Positions 39,195-50,600 of a DNA stretch of 64,000 nt are shown in pieces. The notes beneath the pieces are model-generated. The model had not been told where the DNA came from. It searched no databases and saw nothing but the letters and a program-made list of their open reading frames with translations. The first letter of the stretch is position 1, and each line of letters opens with the position of its first letter. A program made the position numbers and the translations under genes. This stretch comes from Candidatus Latescibacterota bacterium (lineage in GTDB: Bacteria; Latescibacterota; UBA2968), in contig OZ242010.1 in assembly GCA_965204745.1 (NCBI GenBank), positions 1,920,001 through 1,984,000 of the forward strand, in the 5' to 3' direction.

Positions 39195-40142
39195 TTAGGC
39201 GTTGCGGGCGCAGCGGAAGCCGAGGTTGCCCGTGGAACTGTCGGGGGTGTTCGCGCTGCGGGCCGCGACTCGGTAGCGGTTGCAATACGAGTCGTGGCAG
39301 AGGTAGGAGCCGCCGCGCATGCTTTTGGCCTGTCCGATGGGCGGGCCCGTGGGATTTTTTAGGGTGCTGTCGAGGTGAAAGGTGGGGCTAAACCAATCGC
39401 TGCACCATTCCCACACATTGCCGGAGATGTTGTAAATGCCAAATTCGTTGGGCGGAAAAGTCTTGACGGGCGCCGTGCCGATGTAGCCGTCTGATTTGGC
39501 GTTGCGCTCGGGGAATGTGCCTTGCCAGATATTGCACATGTGTTTGCCTTTGGGCGTGAGGTCGTCGCCCCAGGGATAGCGCGCGTGCTCGAGGCCGCCG
39601 CGGGCGGCGTATTCCCATTCGGCTTCTGTGGGCAGGCGTTTTCCGGCCCAGTTGCAATAGGCGACGGCATCGTTCCACGAGATGTGGATGACCGGGTGGT
39701 TCCAGCGGTTTTGCACCTGTGTTCCCGGGCCTTCAGGGCTGTGCCAACAAGAGCCTTCAACGGCCCACCACCAGGGCGCGTCTATGACGGTTTGGGAGAT
39801 GCGCGATGCGTTTTCGGGGGATACAAAGAGGTGAAAGACGAAAGACCAGCCAAACAGTTCGGCTTCGGTTTTGTACGCGGTTGCGCGGATGAATTTGGCA
39901 AATTCGGCGTTGGTGACAGCGCAGGCGTCGAGGTAAAAGGGATCGACTGTGACTTCGCGCATGGGGCCTTCGCCGTCTTCGGGAAAGCCCTCGGTGCCAT
40001 TTGTGCCCATCAAAAAGGTGCCGCCAGACAGGCGAATCATGCCTTTGAGCGAGGAGTCGCTCCTGCGTCTCATTTTTTGTTTGCGCGATTTTTGTCTTTT
40101 GGAAGCGGTGGGTCTGCTCGCGCCGCAACACGGGGAGGCCAT
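39195..40142 (-). CDS. Formylglycine-generating enzyme (SUMF1-like)
   Basis: RLPTEAEWEYAARG, GNVWEW, catalytic RGGSYLCHDSYCNRYR; promoter TTGACA-17-TATCAT at 40220-40192. Confidence 0.93.
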   Translation of the reverse strand: MASPCCGASRPTASKRQKSRKQKMRRRSDSSLKGMIRLSGGTFLMGTNGTEGFPEDGEGPMREVTVDPFYLDACAVTNAEFAKFIRATAYKTEAELFGWSFVFHLFVSPENASRISQTVIDAPWWWAVEGSCWHSPEGPGTQVQNRWNHPVIHISWNDAVAYCNWAGKRLPTEAEWEYAARGGLEHARYPWGDDLTPKGKHMCNIWQGTFPERNAKSDGYIGTAPVKTFPPNEFGIYNISGNVWEWCSDWFSPTFHLDSTLKNPTGPPIGQAKSMRGGSYLCHDSYCNRYRVAARSANTPDSSTGNLGFRCARNA

Positions 40143-40507
40143 GGGGATACTCCTGAAAATGGGGTGATTGGTTGTCATGCGGGTTTGTGGCATGATACGA
40201 TTGGGTGCGTTGGATGTCAAGAGGACAGGCACAGGGGCCTGTCCCTACGGGGAATGGGGTTGTCGATGCGCGATAGGGTCGCATTCAGCAGAAAGTCGTT
40301 GCCATCGCCACCGCCCGCCAGAACGCCGCGATCTAGCAAAAAGCCACTGGATTCCATCCCCTGCTTTAAGCAGATAGGGCCATGCTTTCGCCGGAGTGAC
40401 CTGCTGATCGTTGCGTGCTTTTTTGCTTGATTTTTGTTTGTGCTTCATTCTATATTAGCATTCCGCTTGTCGCGTGAGATTTGCGTTTTTAGAGGAAGGG
40501 TGTTCGC

Positions 40508-41104
40508 ATGATAAAGATGGAAGTGGTTGCCGTGCAACTCGAACCGAATAGCAATCATCCGTTGGTTTGGTTGAAAGACAAAGGTCAGCAGGTTTTTTTG
40601 CCCATCGCGATTGGCAATTTTGAGGCGGCTGCGATTTTTATGTCGCTTTACGACGAGCCGCCGCCGCGTCCGATTACCTATGATTTGTTGCGGTCGATTA
40701 TCGAGGGGTTTCATGGGCGCGTTGAGCAGGTGGTGATCAATGCGTTACAGGACGAAACTTTTTACGCCGAGATTACGCTCGTCCGCGATGGAGAGAAGGT
40801 GTGTGTCGATTCGCGGCCGAGTGACGCGCTGGCACTGGCGTTGCGCGTTGACGCGCCGATTTTTGTGGCGGATGAGGTCGTCGAGGAGGCAGGCGTGCCG
40901 GTGCAGACGCAAGATGCGCGAGATGCTGTGGAAGATTATTTGAACCTCGCGGCCATTGAAGAGGACGATCCAGACCAAGTGACGGAGCGCGTCGTCGCGC
41001 TCAAGGTGCGTTTGCGGAAGGCGGTCGCGCATGAGGAGTACGAAATCGCCGCCAGGCTTCGAGATGAAATTGGGCGGCTGGAACACAGCATTCAAAAACG
41101 ATAG
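40508..41104 (+). CDS. Bifunctional nuclease (DUF151) with UVR domain
   Basis: LPIAIG.FEA.AI, PRPITYDL, DSRPSDALALA, EEYE.AARLRDEI. Confidence 0.92.
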   Translation: MIKMEVVAVQLEPNSNHPLVWLKDKGQQVFLPIAIGNFEAAAIFMSLYDEPPPRPITYDLLRSIIEGFHGRVEQVVINALQDETFYAEITLVRDGEKVCVDSRPSDALALALRVDAPIFVADEVVEEAGVPVQTQDARDAVEDYLNLAAIEEDDPDQVTERVVALKVRLRKAVAHEEYEIAARLRDEIGRLEHSIQKR

Positions 41105-41121
41105 AATTTTCGGAGGTCGTC

Positions 41122-41370
41122 ATGACGGAAGTGATAACGGTGATAGCGGTTGGCGTTGGCGTTAGCGGGCTGATCTTGAACGGTCAGCGGAATGCCCGAG
41201 AGGAGATGAAAGAATTTAAGGCTGAGATGAAAGCTCGATTTGAAAAAATCGAGGGTCGTCTTGGGCAAATCGAGGGTCGTCTGGGTGTGTTGGAGCGTCA
41301 GCAAGCGAAGTTGGAGGGGTTGTTGGATGGCTTGCGGGAAGCCATATCGGGACGGGCGAGAAAAAAATGA
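41122..41370 (+). CDS. Small membrane-anchored coiled-coil protein, paralog A
   Basis: Hydrophobic N-terminus, heptad repeats; RBS GGAGG. Confidence 0.75.
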   Translation: MTEVITVIAVGVGVSGLILNGQRNAREEMKEFKAEMKARFEKIEGRLGQIEGRLGVLERQQAKLEGLLDGLREAISGRARKK

Positions 41371-41418
41371 AAAGGCTTGAGCACGGCACCATCAACGATA
41401 GAATTTTCGGATGTCGTC

Positions 41419-41721
41419 ATGACGGAAGTGATAACGGTGATAGCGGTTGGCGTTGGCATTAGCGGGCTGATCTTGAACGGTCAGCGGAATGCCCGAGAGG
41501 AGATGCGGAACTTAGAGGCGCGTCTCCGCGAGGAGATGGGTAATTCAGAGGCGCGTCTTCGCAAGGAGTTGCAAGATTTCAAATCGCAAGTGGATGCGCG
41601 GTTTGAGAAAATTGAAGGGCGTCTTGGTGTGTTGGAGCGTCAGCAGGCGAAGTTGGAGGGGTTGTTGGATGGCTTGCGGGAAGCCATATCGGGACGGGCG
41701 ATGTCTCTAAATAAAGACTAG
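41419..41721 (+). CDS. Small membrane-anchored coiled-coil protein, paralog B
   Basis: N- and C-termini nearly identical to A, different middle; RBS changed to GGATG; stop overlaps the IS end. Confidence 0.7.
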   Translation: MTEVITVIAVGVGISGLILNGQRNAREEMRNLEARLREEMGNSEARLRKELQDFKSQVDARFEKIEGRLGVLERQQAKLEGLLDGLREAISGRAMSLNKD

Positions 41722-42538
41722 GTTCTGTTGACATTTGGGATATTTTGAGTTACTCTGTGTGTATGTCAAACCTTATTCTTTCTCCGAATCAGTGGCCTAA
41801 AATTCTCGCATTCATCCGCGAATGCCCTCGCGTCTATGTCGGCGAGGAAGCCGGTTGCAAACGCTTCATTGAAGCGGTTCTGTGGGTGATGCGCTCGGGT
41901 GGTCAGTGGCGTCAGTTGCCCGCACAGTACGGGAAGTGGAACACAGTCTATAAACGCTTTGCTCGCTGGTGCCGGTATGGCGTGTGGGAACGCATGCACC
42001 AGCATTTTACGTCTGATCCAGACTTGGCATGTCTGATCATTGACAGCACTGTCGTGCGTGCTCATGCCTGTGCAGCGGGTGCCTCAAAAAAAAAGGGGGG
42101 CAAGCCGCGCAAGCCCTCGGCAAGAGCCGAGGCGGGTTCAGCACCAAAATCCATCTCTGCACAGATGCGCGTGGCCTCCCGCTCCGGTTTCGACTCACAC
42201 CGGGACAAACCCACGATATCACGCAAGCCGAAGCGTTAATCGCTGGGTATGAGAGCCGATCTGTCATCGCGGATAAGGGCTATGATTCACAAGCGTTTCT
42301 GGACGTCCTTTCTCACCATGGACAGGTTGCCGTGATTCCGCCCCGGTCTTATCGCAAGACCCCGCGTGATTATGATCGCCATCGGTATAAGCAACGCAAT
42401 TTGATTGAGCGGTTGATTGGAAAAATGAAGCAGTATCGCAGGATATTCGCTCGCTTTGAGAAACTCAGCACGAGTTATCGAGGCTTTCTCGCTTTTGCGG
42501 CCACGCTCATCGCTCTAAAACAAAATGTCAACAGAACC
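41721..42538 (+). mobile_element. IS5-family (IS427-like) insertion sequence
   Basis: 16-bp TIRs GGTTCTGTTGACATTT, TA duplication, 818 bp. Confidence 0.92.
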
Positions 42539-42541
42539 TAA
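41763..42541 (+). CDS. IS5 transposase expressed by -1 frameshift
   Basis: W..LP..YG.W.TVY.RF.RW, IDST..RAH; A9G6 at 42086-42100; -1 frame continues LGKSRGGFSTKIH..ADKGYD..RNLIER. Confidence 0.88.
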
Positions 42542-42549
42542 AAAAAGGC

Positions 42550-42578
42550 TTGACAGTCTGTTTTTGATTGCATATAAT
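42550..42578 (+). promoter_or_regulatory. Perfect consensus sigma70 promoter
   Basis: TTGACA-17 bp-TATAAT. Confidence 0.85.
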
Positions 42579-42984
42579 TAGCCCATTATTTGTCAGTAGG
42601 TAAATTTTTGGATTACACGTCAAACAGAAAGGTTTGTCGATTTTCCTACACACATTCTCCCCGTTGCACTCTGATTGAGATGTGTTGGGTTGTTTTGGAA
42701 GGAGGTTCTCAAATAAAATGTGAGTTTATGGTTGTCTGTAACTCGTTGTTTGGTAAGGGATTTTATAAAAAATAAAAAAAATAAATGCTTTGAAGGGAGG
42801 GATATTTATTGGATGTGAGAGGTTTTTCTCCGTTGCTTCACAAAGGTTGTGACCCTCACCCTTTTTGGGTTTTGATCTTGCAGAAGTGAAGAAAGCGCGA
42901 GAAATTGTTGTTTTGCAGTGCATTTAATTCGTCCGTAATAATCGTTTGTCGTTTGTTGATCGTCCTAATTCAAGGAGGTCGATG

Positions 42985-45900
42985 ATGTTGTATTTTCGTA
43001 GAATTTGCCTTTTGGTTGCTTTGGCTTTGACCTTTGGAGCGAGCGATGTTTTCGCACAGGGAGCACCACCAGGTATTTCTGTTAAAATCGTGCAACCAGC
43101 CGATAGTGCTTGGGTTGGCATTGGTGGTAAAATTGTCGTTGATGTGGAGAGCACGGGCTTGCTGAGTGGCATAAGGGCAACTAGTAGCACGGATACGGCT
43201 TTTTTGGGCTATCAAGGAGCTACTATACCAGGACCGGGAGACGGAATTGACGAAGTTCTCCTCTACATAGATAGCACCCCTAATGATAAATCTGTTGCTG
43301 GGGCGGCTACTCGTACTCTTACGGGTCACCCAGGTAACACTGCGGTTGCTGATCCTGTAGTCTGTAGAGCTAACTATTTCCACAATAGTCCGGTGGTCCA
43401 GCAGAATGGGAGAAGAGTAGTTTGGAATACTGATGCTACAACTGGAGGTGCAACTCCTGGTTGCAAGGTAACCGCAGTAGTACAGTCTTTTCAAGGCGGG
43501 AAACATATTGCCAGATATACCTTTGAAATAAAACAAATACTCGCCACTGTTGGATCTTTCAATTTTCGCCAAGGTGTATCCGGTATTTATGCTGTAGCGG
43601 CAGCCCGAGTGGGCGGTCCTACTTTTAAAGCTGTCGCCAATGTAGAGACTGGTGGCGATGGCAAGTTTGTCAAAATTGACACTGGTCGTCCTAGCCAAGT
43701 TGCGGCTACCCATTTCGACTCGGTTGGCGTTTCAGGGAAGATTGCTGTGACCGATTCGTTTAAGATTGGCGATAAGATCGAGTTGGTGGCGGGGATCAGG
43801 AGCCTTGTTGGTGCTAGCGATGTCGTCGCTATAGAACTCGGCCTGTTTGGTTTCCATGCTGACTATCTCGATGCCTATATGGCGTCGCGTGACAGCGCGT
43901 TGGTAAATTCGCTCACCACGTTTAAGGTCAGCGGCGGTGAAATCCAAGGTGCGGCGAATAATGTTCTGCGTAGAACGGTAACCGTGGAGGAAAACGCTTT
44001 TAAGATCGTTAGTGATGCTGGTGCTACCCCCACTATCCTCATGGACGACCTGAAGTTCAAAGTTGCGGTGTTCTTTGTGGATAGAGCCGGAAACATAGGT
44101 GCGGAGGAGGCAGATGCTACTGCACCTGAGCCTTATTCGGCGGCTACGGTCTATGTGGTAGATTCCAAAAAGCCGAAGATCACGATCAAGTATCCGGTTG
44201 ACCATCCCGACAGCAATCGCTTCACGGGTCTGATAAGCAAAGAGTTCAGAAATTATCGCAATAATGCTAATGCGTTGTCGATAAAGAGGAAGATTTCAAT
44301 CCATTGGAGTTGAAAGTGGATGAAACTGTGAAGTCGCTTGTTGCTGTCGCGAAAGCCGCCGGTAACAAGACGGATCGGCCCAACATAACTTCAGACTATA
44401 CGGAGGTAGGTAGCTTCCAGAAGATTCGGACTACTGGTAAGTTTGCGACGAACGTGAAGTCAAACAATAGTGCAAAGGGCGGGAAGAAATTTAACCTGAC
44501 CATTGAAGCGACGGATCAGGTGGGCAACAAAGCCACGAAGACCGTTAACAATGTTTGGCACGATCAGGATGTGCCTAATCCGATTAGAAGGTTCCCAAGC
44601 GTTGCTGCCTTGGGTGCCGATAATCCGACGATCAACAATGAAACGCGCCATCCGGTTCTCCGGTTTAATGAGAGTCTCGATTCGCTTTCGGTGCGCTTTA
44701 TTGAAGACACGACCACTAATCCGCGCAATGCTATTCAGAAGGCTGGCAATAACCTGCTGACCATGGTGAACAAAGACATTACCATCACGGTCGATTCTTC
44801 GCTCGTGCATGGTACGAGATATTGGTTCCAGGTTTTCGCCCGCGACCTCGCTGGCAATATAGATATCACGCCTGCGGAAAGGTTCACTTTTAGCACTGAC
44901 TTCACGAATCCGCAAGCGGACTCGTTTAAGGTTGTGGCAACTAGTGGAGACACTGCGATTGCCGGTTATCAGTTGCCGATCAAGATTACCGCCCTCAACG
45001 CTGCTTTGACACGCTCAGCTAAGGCTGATCGCGTAGCTGTGACGTATCGCAGTGGTAATGTGCGAGTGAAGGCCATGATGGCTGATGGTAGCGATGCCAG
45101 TGACGTGGTCATCTCTGGTACGGGTGTAGCAAAAGATGAGGGTGGTTATTACTCTCTTAGTAGTGCTGCCTGGAATACTGGTGTGTACGATATTAAGATC
45201 AAGTCGAACAAGGTTCTCAATGGCCTCAAAGTTGAGGTTGAAGAAACGGAAACGACTACGGTTGATGGCAAGTCGATGACCACAACCGCCAAAGTCCGCG
45301 ACCGTGCTGGTAATGAGCGGGAGCTCCGCAATACCTTGGGAGACATCACCATTGACGAAGGCGATATGCGCCGGTTCGTGGTGACGGCTTGGGAAGGTGA
45401 CGGAGAAGCAGACACGGTTGCCGGTGAGTTCAAGGTTCGCGTGGTACCTGCTGATTCGTTGGGCAATCCGTCTGTCAAATATGGTGAAGAACTGACCGGT
45501 GGTGCCAACATTGGTACTCCGGGATTGTTTGATAAGGCGAAGCCGAGCAAGTTGACGAGTATTGATGTTGAGTTTGCTGCCAGTCATCCCAGTGCTCGTG
45601 TGCCGCAAGGTTCGCAGACGGTGATGCCCGAAGGCACTTCCTTCACGGTTCTCGCCCCCAATAGCAATGGCGAAGATCTGACAATTACGGCACGCGTTGC
45701 CAATTTGCAACCCGGCACCTCACTTACCGATGTAAATAAGTATTTGGGAGCTACCGGTTCCGTGACCGTTGACTATACGGTTGCTGAGCCGACTTCTGCT
45801 GATTCGCTCGCGGCTCCGGCTTATCTGGAAGTGATAGATGTTCCGGAGGATCAAGGCCACTATGTGACGGTGACTTTCCCGCTTTCAACCGATCACGATG

Positions 45901-47531
45901 TGGTAGATTCGTATCGTTTGTATCGCGAGTTTGATATTGGCGACGGTAGAGGTTCGCGCTTTATCCCGTGGGGTGATGATTTTGAGCCTTCTGGTAATGA
46001 TTCACTGGTGACGAGGAACATAGGCGTGCCGGACGCTCTGGCGACTCACTGGGCTATTGAAGCCATTGGTGCTAAGCCCTCCAGCCAGACGGTATCCGGT
46101 AAGCTGAGTGCCGCAGTTATCGTTTCGGATCGCACGCAGACCGCAGAAAAGGTGCGCGCCCTAGACAATAAACCGCCAGAGGCCGCGACCGATGTTATGC
46201 TCGAAAACCTGACGGTTTCTTGGACATTGTCTCCAAGTGAGGGGCCAACGGATGCGACTTACACCGATCCCCGATTCCCTGGAAGCCAAGCTAGGGCCAT
46301 TCTCGGTGTGACGGGATACGAGATTATGGTCGGTCTCAGTGCGGATGCTCTGTACTCTGTTGGCAAGGTTGACGCTGGTGAGTCCAGCTTTGAACTGACC
46401 TCGACGGCGATTGCTTCTTTGGTCACCTCTGGTGTGATTAGTCCAGAGCAAATTCAACAACTGCTCGCAACTGATCTCCTCGGCGTTACGATCCGCGTAG
46501 ATGCGCTCGACCTGTCCAATAGCGTTCCGAGTGAAATTTTTGTCGTTGAAAAACTGACGCGCAGAGAGTTCACGAGTGCAGATAATGAGCCTGTCTATAT
46601 CGTCAATCTGGATGGCGATATGACGGTTGGCTTTGATGATTTTATGGCCTTTGCCGCGGCATTTGATACCCGCGATGGCGACGAGGCCTGGAATATTCAA
46701 GCCGATCTCAACGACGATGGGACAGTGGATTTCGCCGACTTCATCCTGTTCGTCGGCTCCTATGGCAAGACCGCTCAGGGGCCTTCAACCAAGCCCGTGA
46801 TTTTGCCGCCTGGCGTGAATGAAAATGCAGAGTTTTCGCTCCGCTTGGGCAGTGAGCGCGTTGTGGTTGGTCAGAACGTGTTTGTGGATGTCTCTCTTGC
46901 AAACGTGCAGGATCTGATGGGTTACGGATTTGTGCTCAACTACGATGCCGATAAGTTCGAATTTGTAGAAGCCGCTCCCGCCGATCAGGATCTGCTCAAA
47001 TCCACGGGTGGCGAAACCCCGCTGTTTAGTTCACTGGCAAACGAAGCCGGCCAGGTTTCCATTGCCAACGCAGTGGTCAATGCTTCGGAAGTTTCCGGCG
47101 GTGGCGACATCGTTCGGTTGACTTTCCGCGTGTTGCAAGAGTTTGCTGAGAACGCTCGGTTTGAAATTGCCGAAGGTCTGGTTTTTGACCCGCAGCAACT
47201 TTCCAATCCGGCGGTGGTCGCGGGTGTGCTCGATGTTCAAACCACACCCACAGAGTTTGCACTGCTTCAAAATTTCCCCAACCCGTTCAACCCAGAAACG
47301 ACAATCGGGTATGAACTGGCCGAATCTGCCGACGTGACGCTTCAGATTTACAATGTCGTGGGTCAGGTCGTGCGGACGTTGATCGCTGCGGAACCGCAGG
47401 CGGCTGGTCGCTACCAGATGCGTTGGGACGGGATGGATGATCGCGGGGTGTCGGTTTCCAGTGGGGTTTATTTTTACCGGATTTCGGCAGGGGAGTTTCA
47501 AACCGTGCGGAAGCTGATGTTGCTCAAGTAA
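42985..47531 (+). CDS. ~1515-aa secreted surface protein split by one frameshift (~44271-44311); Ig-like repeats, dockerin-like, cohesin-like and FlgD/T9SS-type tail
   Basis: Signal peptide in ORF1; DLNDDGTVDFADF; GYGFVLNYD; NFPNPFNPETTI.Y..SSGVYFY..KLMLLK. Confidence 0.8.
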
Positions 47532-47543
47532 TTCCGCTTCAGT

Positions 47544-47582
47544 GTCTGGGAAGTTTCACACCGAGACTTCCCAGACTTTTTT
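47544..47582 (+). terminator. Rho-independent terminator
   Basis: GTCTGGGAAGT..ACTTCCCAGAC + T6. Confidence 0.8.
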
Positions 47583-47631
47583 GCTTCTTGATTTCTGATT
47601 TAAGGAGCAGTTCTCAGTAAGGAGTATCCAA

Positions 47632-50600
47632 ATGTTGAAGAAAGGATTGTTGTTTATTACCGCTCTGGCGTTGTTGGCATTTGTGGGCCAAGCTTCCGCT
47701 GGCCCCAATGCCAATGCCGTTCTGTCTTTGGACATCGATGCCAGCGATAATAAAATGGATGATGGCAATACATCGGGCACCGTTGAGGGTGCTGGTACCG
47801 ATGTTGTCGTCGAGGTGTTTATCACGGGGTTGGCAGGCCCAATTAGCGGTGGCACTTTGTCCTTTAATACGGATATGCTGACCGTCAAAAGTGTGGCTGT
47901 AGGTGCAGGATTTCTTTTAGGTACTACCGATCAAACTGCTAGTATTGGTATTCTACCGGCGGCTACCTTGACCAATGGTCATTTCGCGACTGTTACGTTT
48001 ACGACTGCTTCTGATGTAACAGGCAGGGAGTTCACAGTTGGTGCTAGTGTGAATAATCTGGCTGCTGGTGATGGTAGTACTGATATGCTTACCGCGGCGA
48101 CGTCATTGACTTTTAATGCCTCTACGACGCAACCGCCGATGCCGCCGACTCCTCCTACGCCGATGCCTCCTACATCTACGGTGGGGCCAGCGTTGGATAT
48201 CGGCACCAGTAGCAACGGCATGAATGATGGCAATGTGTCGATTAATGCCGAAGCCGGTAGTACTGTTGTTGTTGAAGTTTTTGCCGGCGCAAATTTGTCT
48301 CCAATCGGTGGCGGTAGCATAACCTTTTCTCAGGCTATCGGCGAAGTCAACTTCGCCCAGGACAATTGGCAAATTGTGGGGGGACTAAAGGATGGAGGCA
48401 AAAAGGTTGACTTTAGTGCCTTAAATGGCGGTCTTGCCACCCTGAACGCCGAAGGTTTCTTAGGTGCTGTGAGCTTTACGGTTGCCTCGGTACCTGCCAC
48501 AATTAGTATTGAGCAACTCGTTTTGGCTTTTGAGTCAGGTGCTGATACACTGTCTGTTAGTAATGTGGCGGTGACGATTTTGCCGCCCACGCAGTTTAGG
48601 TTGACCGCCTCTGAAGAGATGGCGACGATTCCTTATGGCGGAAGTGCTATGATTACACTGACCGCTGAAGGCTTTGCCGAAGATGCTTTTATTGACTTTA
48701 CTGTTGATCCAGATGTGCTTGAAAGATTAGCGGAAGGTGCGGTCCTGACGCTTACGGCTACCAGTGCCGCTACGGTGACGGTGACGGCCAGCGTTGGGGA
48801 AGATTCAACCAACCCTGTCACCGTTGAGTTTGTAGAAGGGCCACGGCCGCCTCATTTGATTTCGGATAGAGAAAGCCCTGTCACAATCCCTCATGATTCC
48901 AGTGTTACAGTGACGGTGACAGCAGTGGATTTTGACGGGATAGTCAGATGGCCTGATCTGCCAGCTGGAGCTGAAGTCCGCGGCAATACAGTGACTCTGA
49001 CAGTCAGCGATGCGGCTACGGTGACCGTGATGGCCAGGGATGATTCAAACAACCAGGATGAGCTTACCATTGAGTTTCTGCACGCTCCCTATCTTGAGGC
49101 TGATACAGACATGGTGTTGGTGCATCGTGACAGCAGTGTCGCTACTGGCATGGCTACGGTGACAGCGATGGGCTTTGATGAGGATGCTGACATTAACTTC
49201 ACTGTTGAGCCGATGGATGCGGTTGTTGAGTCGCAGGAAGGTGCTGTGCTGACGCTGACAGCCAGCGATGCTACGACAGTGATGGTGACAGCCAGCGATG
49301 GCAGAGTCACAACCTCACCGATATCCATTGAGTTTCAACTTGATCCCTATCTTCGTGCGGATAAGGACAGCCCGGTTGAAATTCCGCCTGATAGCAGCGT
49401 TGTGGTTAAGGTGACAGCCATGGACTATCCTGCTGATGCTAATATTTCGTTCGATTCTTCGCAGACATCGACGGAAGGTGATGCGGATACTGATCTGGTG
49501 GAGTTTAATGATGATAAGTATGCACTGTTGACAGTTAGTGGTTCTGGTTCTACTACTGTGACGGTGGAAGCCACCGATGGTACCACAACGAGAACGGTCA
49601 CCGTTCAGTTTATTCAACCCGTGAAGTTGGAATTATCGGAAGAACTTTCAGATAGCCTTATCTCCACTCTGAAGGAGGGTAGCGTTACGGGTACGGTGAC
49701 AGCCCTGCATTTCCCTGATGACGCTGCTCTCGATTTTGGTGTTGAGGTAGTAGAAACAGAGGATGGGGCTGAGGTTGAATCCTCGCAGGATGGTGCAGTC
49801 CTGACCTTAATCGCTAGTGGTTCTGGTTCGGCTACTGTGACGGTGACAGTCAGTTCTGACAAATACGAACACCTCACAGTTGACCCAATCACCCTTCAAT
49901 TCATTCATCCTCGGCTCGTGGCGGATGCAGATAGCCTCATTATTGAGCCTGGTAGCACTGCTGTGGCTACGATTGTAGCAAAGGATTTTCCTGCTGATGC
50001 TGATGTTAAATTTGAACTGACAAAAGATGTAGACGAGTCGGTTACAATTGACCAGCAGATACGTCCCCGTGAAGTGGTTTTAACTGTCCAGGGTTCTGGT
50101 TCTGCTACTGTGACAGTGAGGGCCAGTTCTGGCGAAGGTGAGGACCTGATAACCGCCGCACCTGCGATCATTCAGTTTGATCCTCCTGATCCTCCTGATC
50201 CTCCTGATCCTCCTGGACCTCGACCTGCTCTGGTGTCGGATGCAGATGAATACGTGATTCCACCTGATGGCGATGTTGTGGCGACGCTTACAGCCATGAA
50301 TTTCCCCGAAGGTGCTACTATTGCGTTCAACTGGATAACAGTAGATGCAGAGGGGCCGGAAGTTACGATTGATGAGGGGTCAGAAGGTGCTGTTCTGACC
50401 TTGACCGCCAGTGGTTCTGGTACGGCAAAAGTTGAAGTGAGGGCAACTGATGGTGCGATCTCTGTTGCAGATACCATTCAGTTTATTCAGCCTTCCCTCA
50501 TGCTCGCATCGGATGCAGAAGATAACCAAGTCTTGATTCCGCATAATGCCAGTGCGACGGTTACGGTTACAGCCGAGGGTTCTCTTCCTACCGGTGCTAC

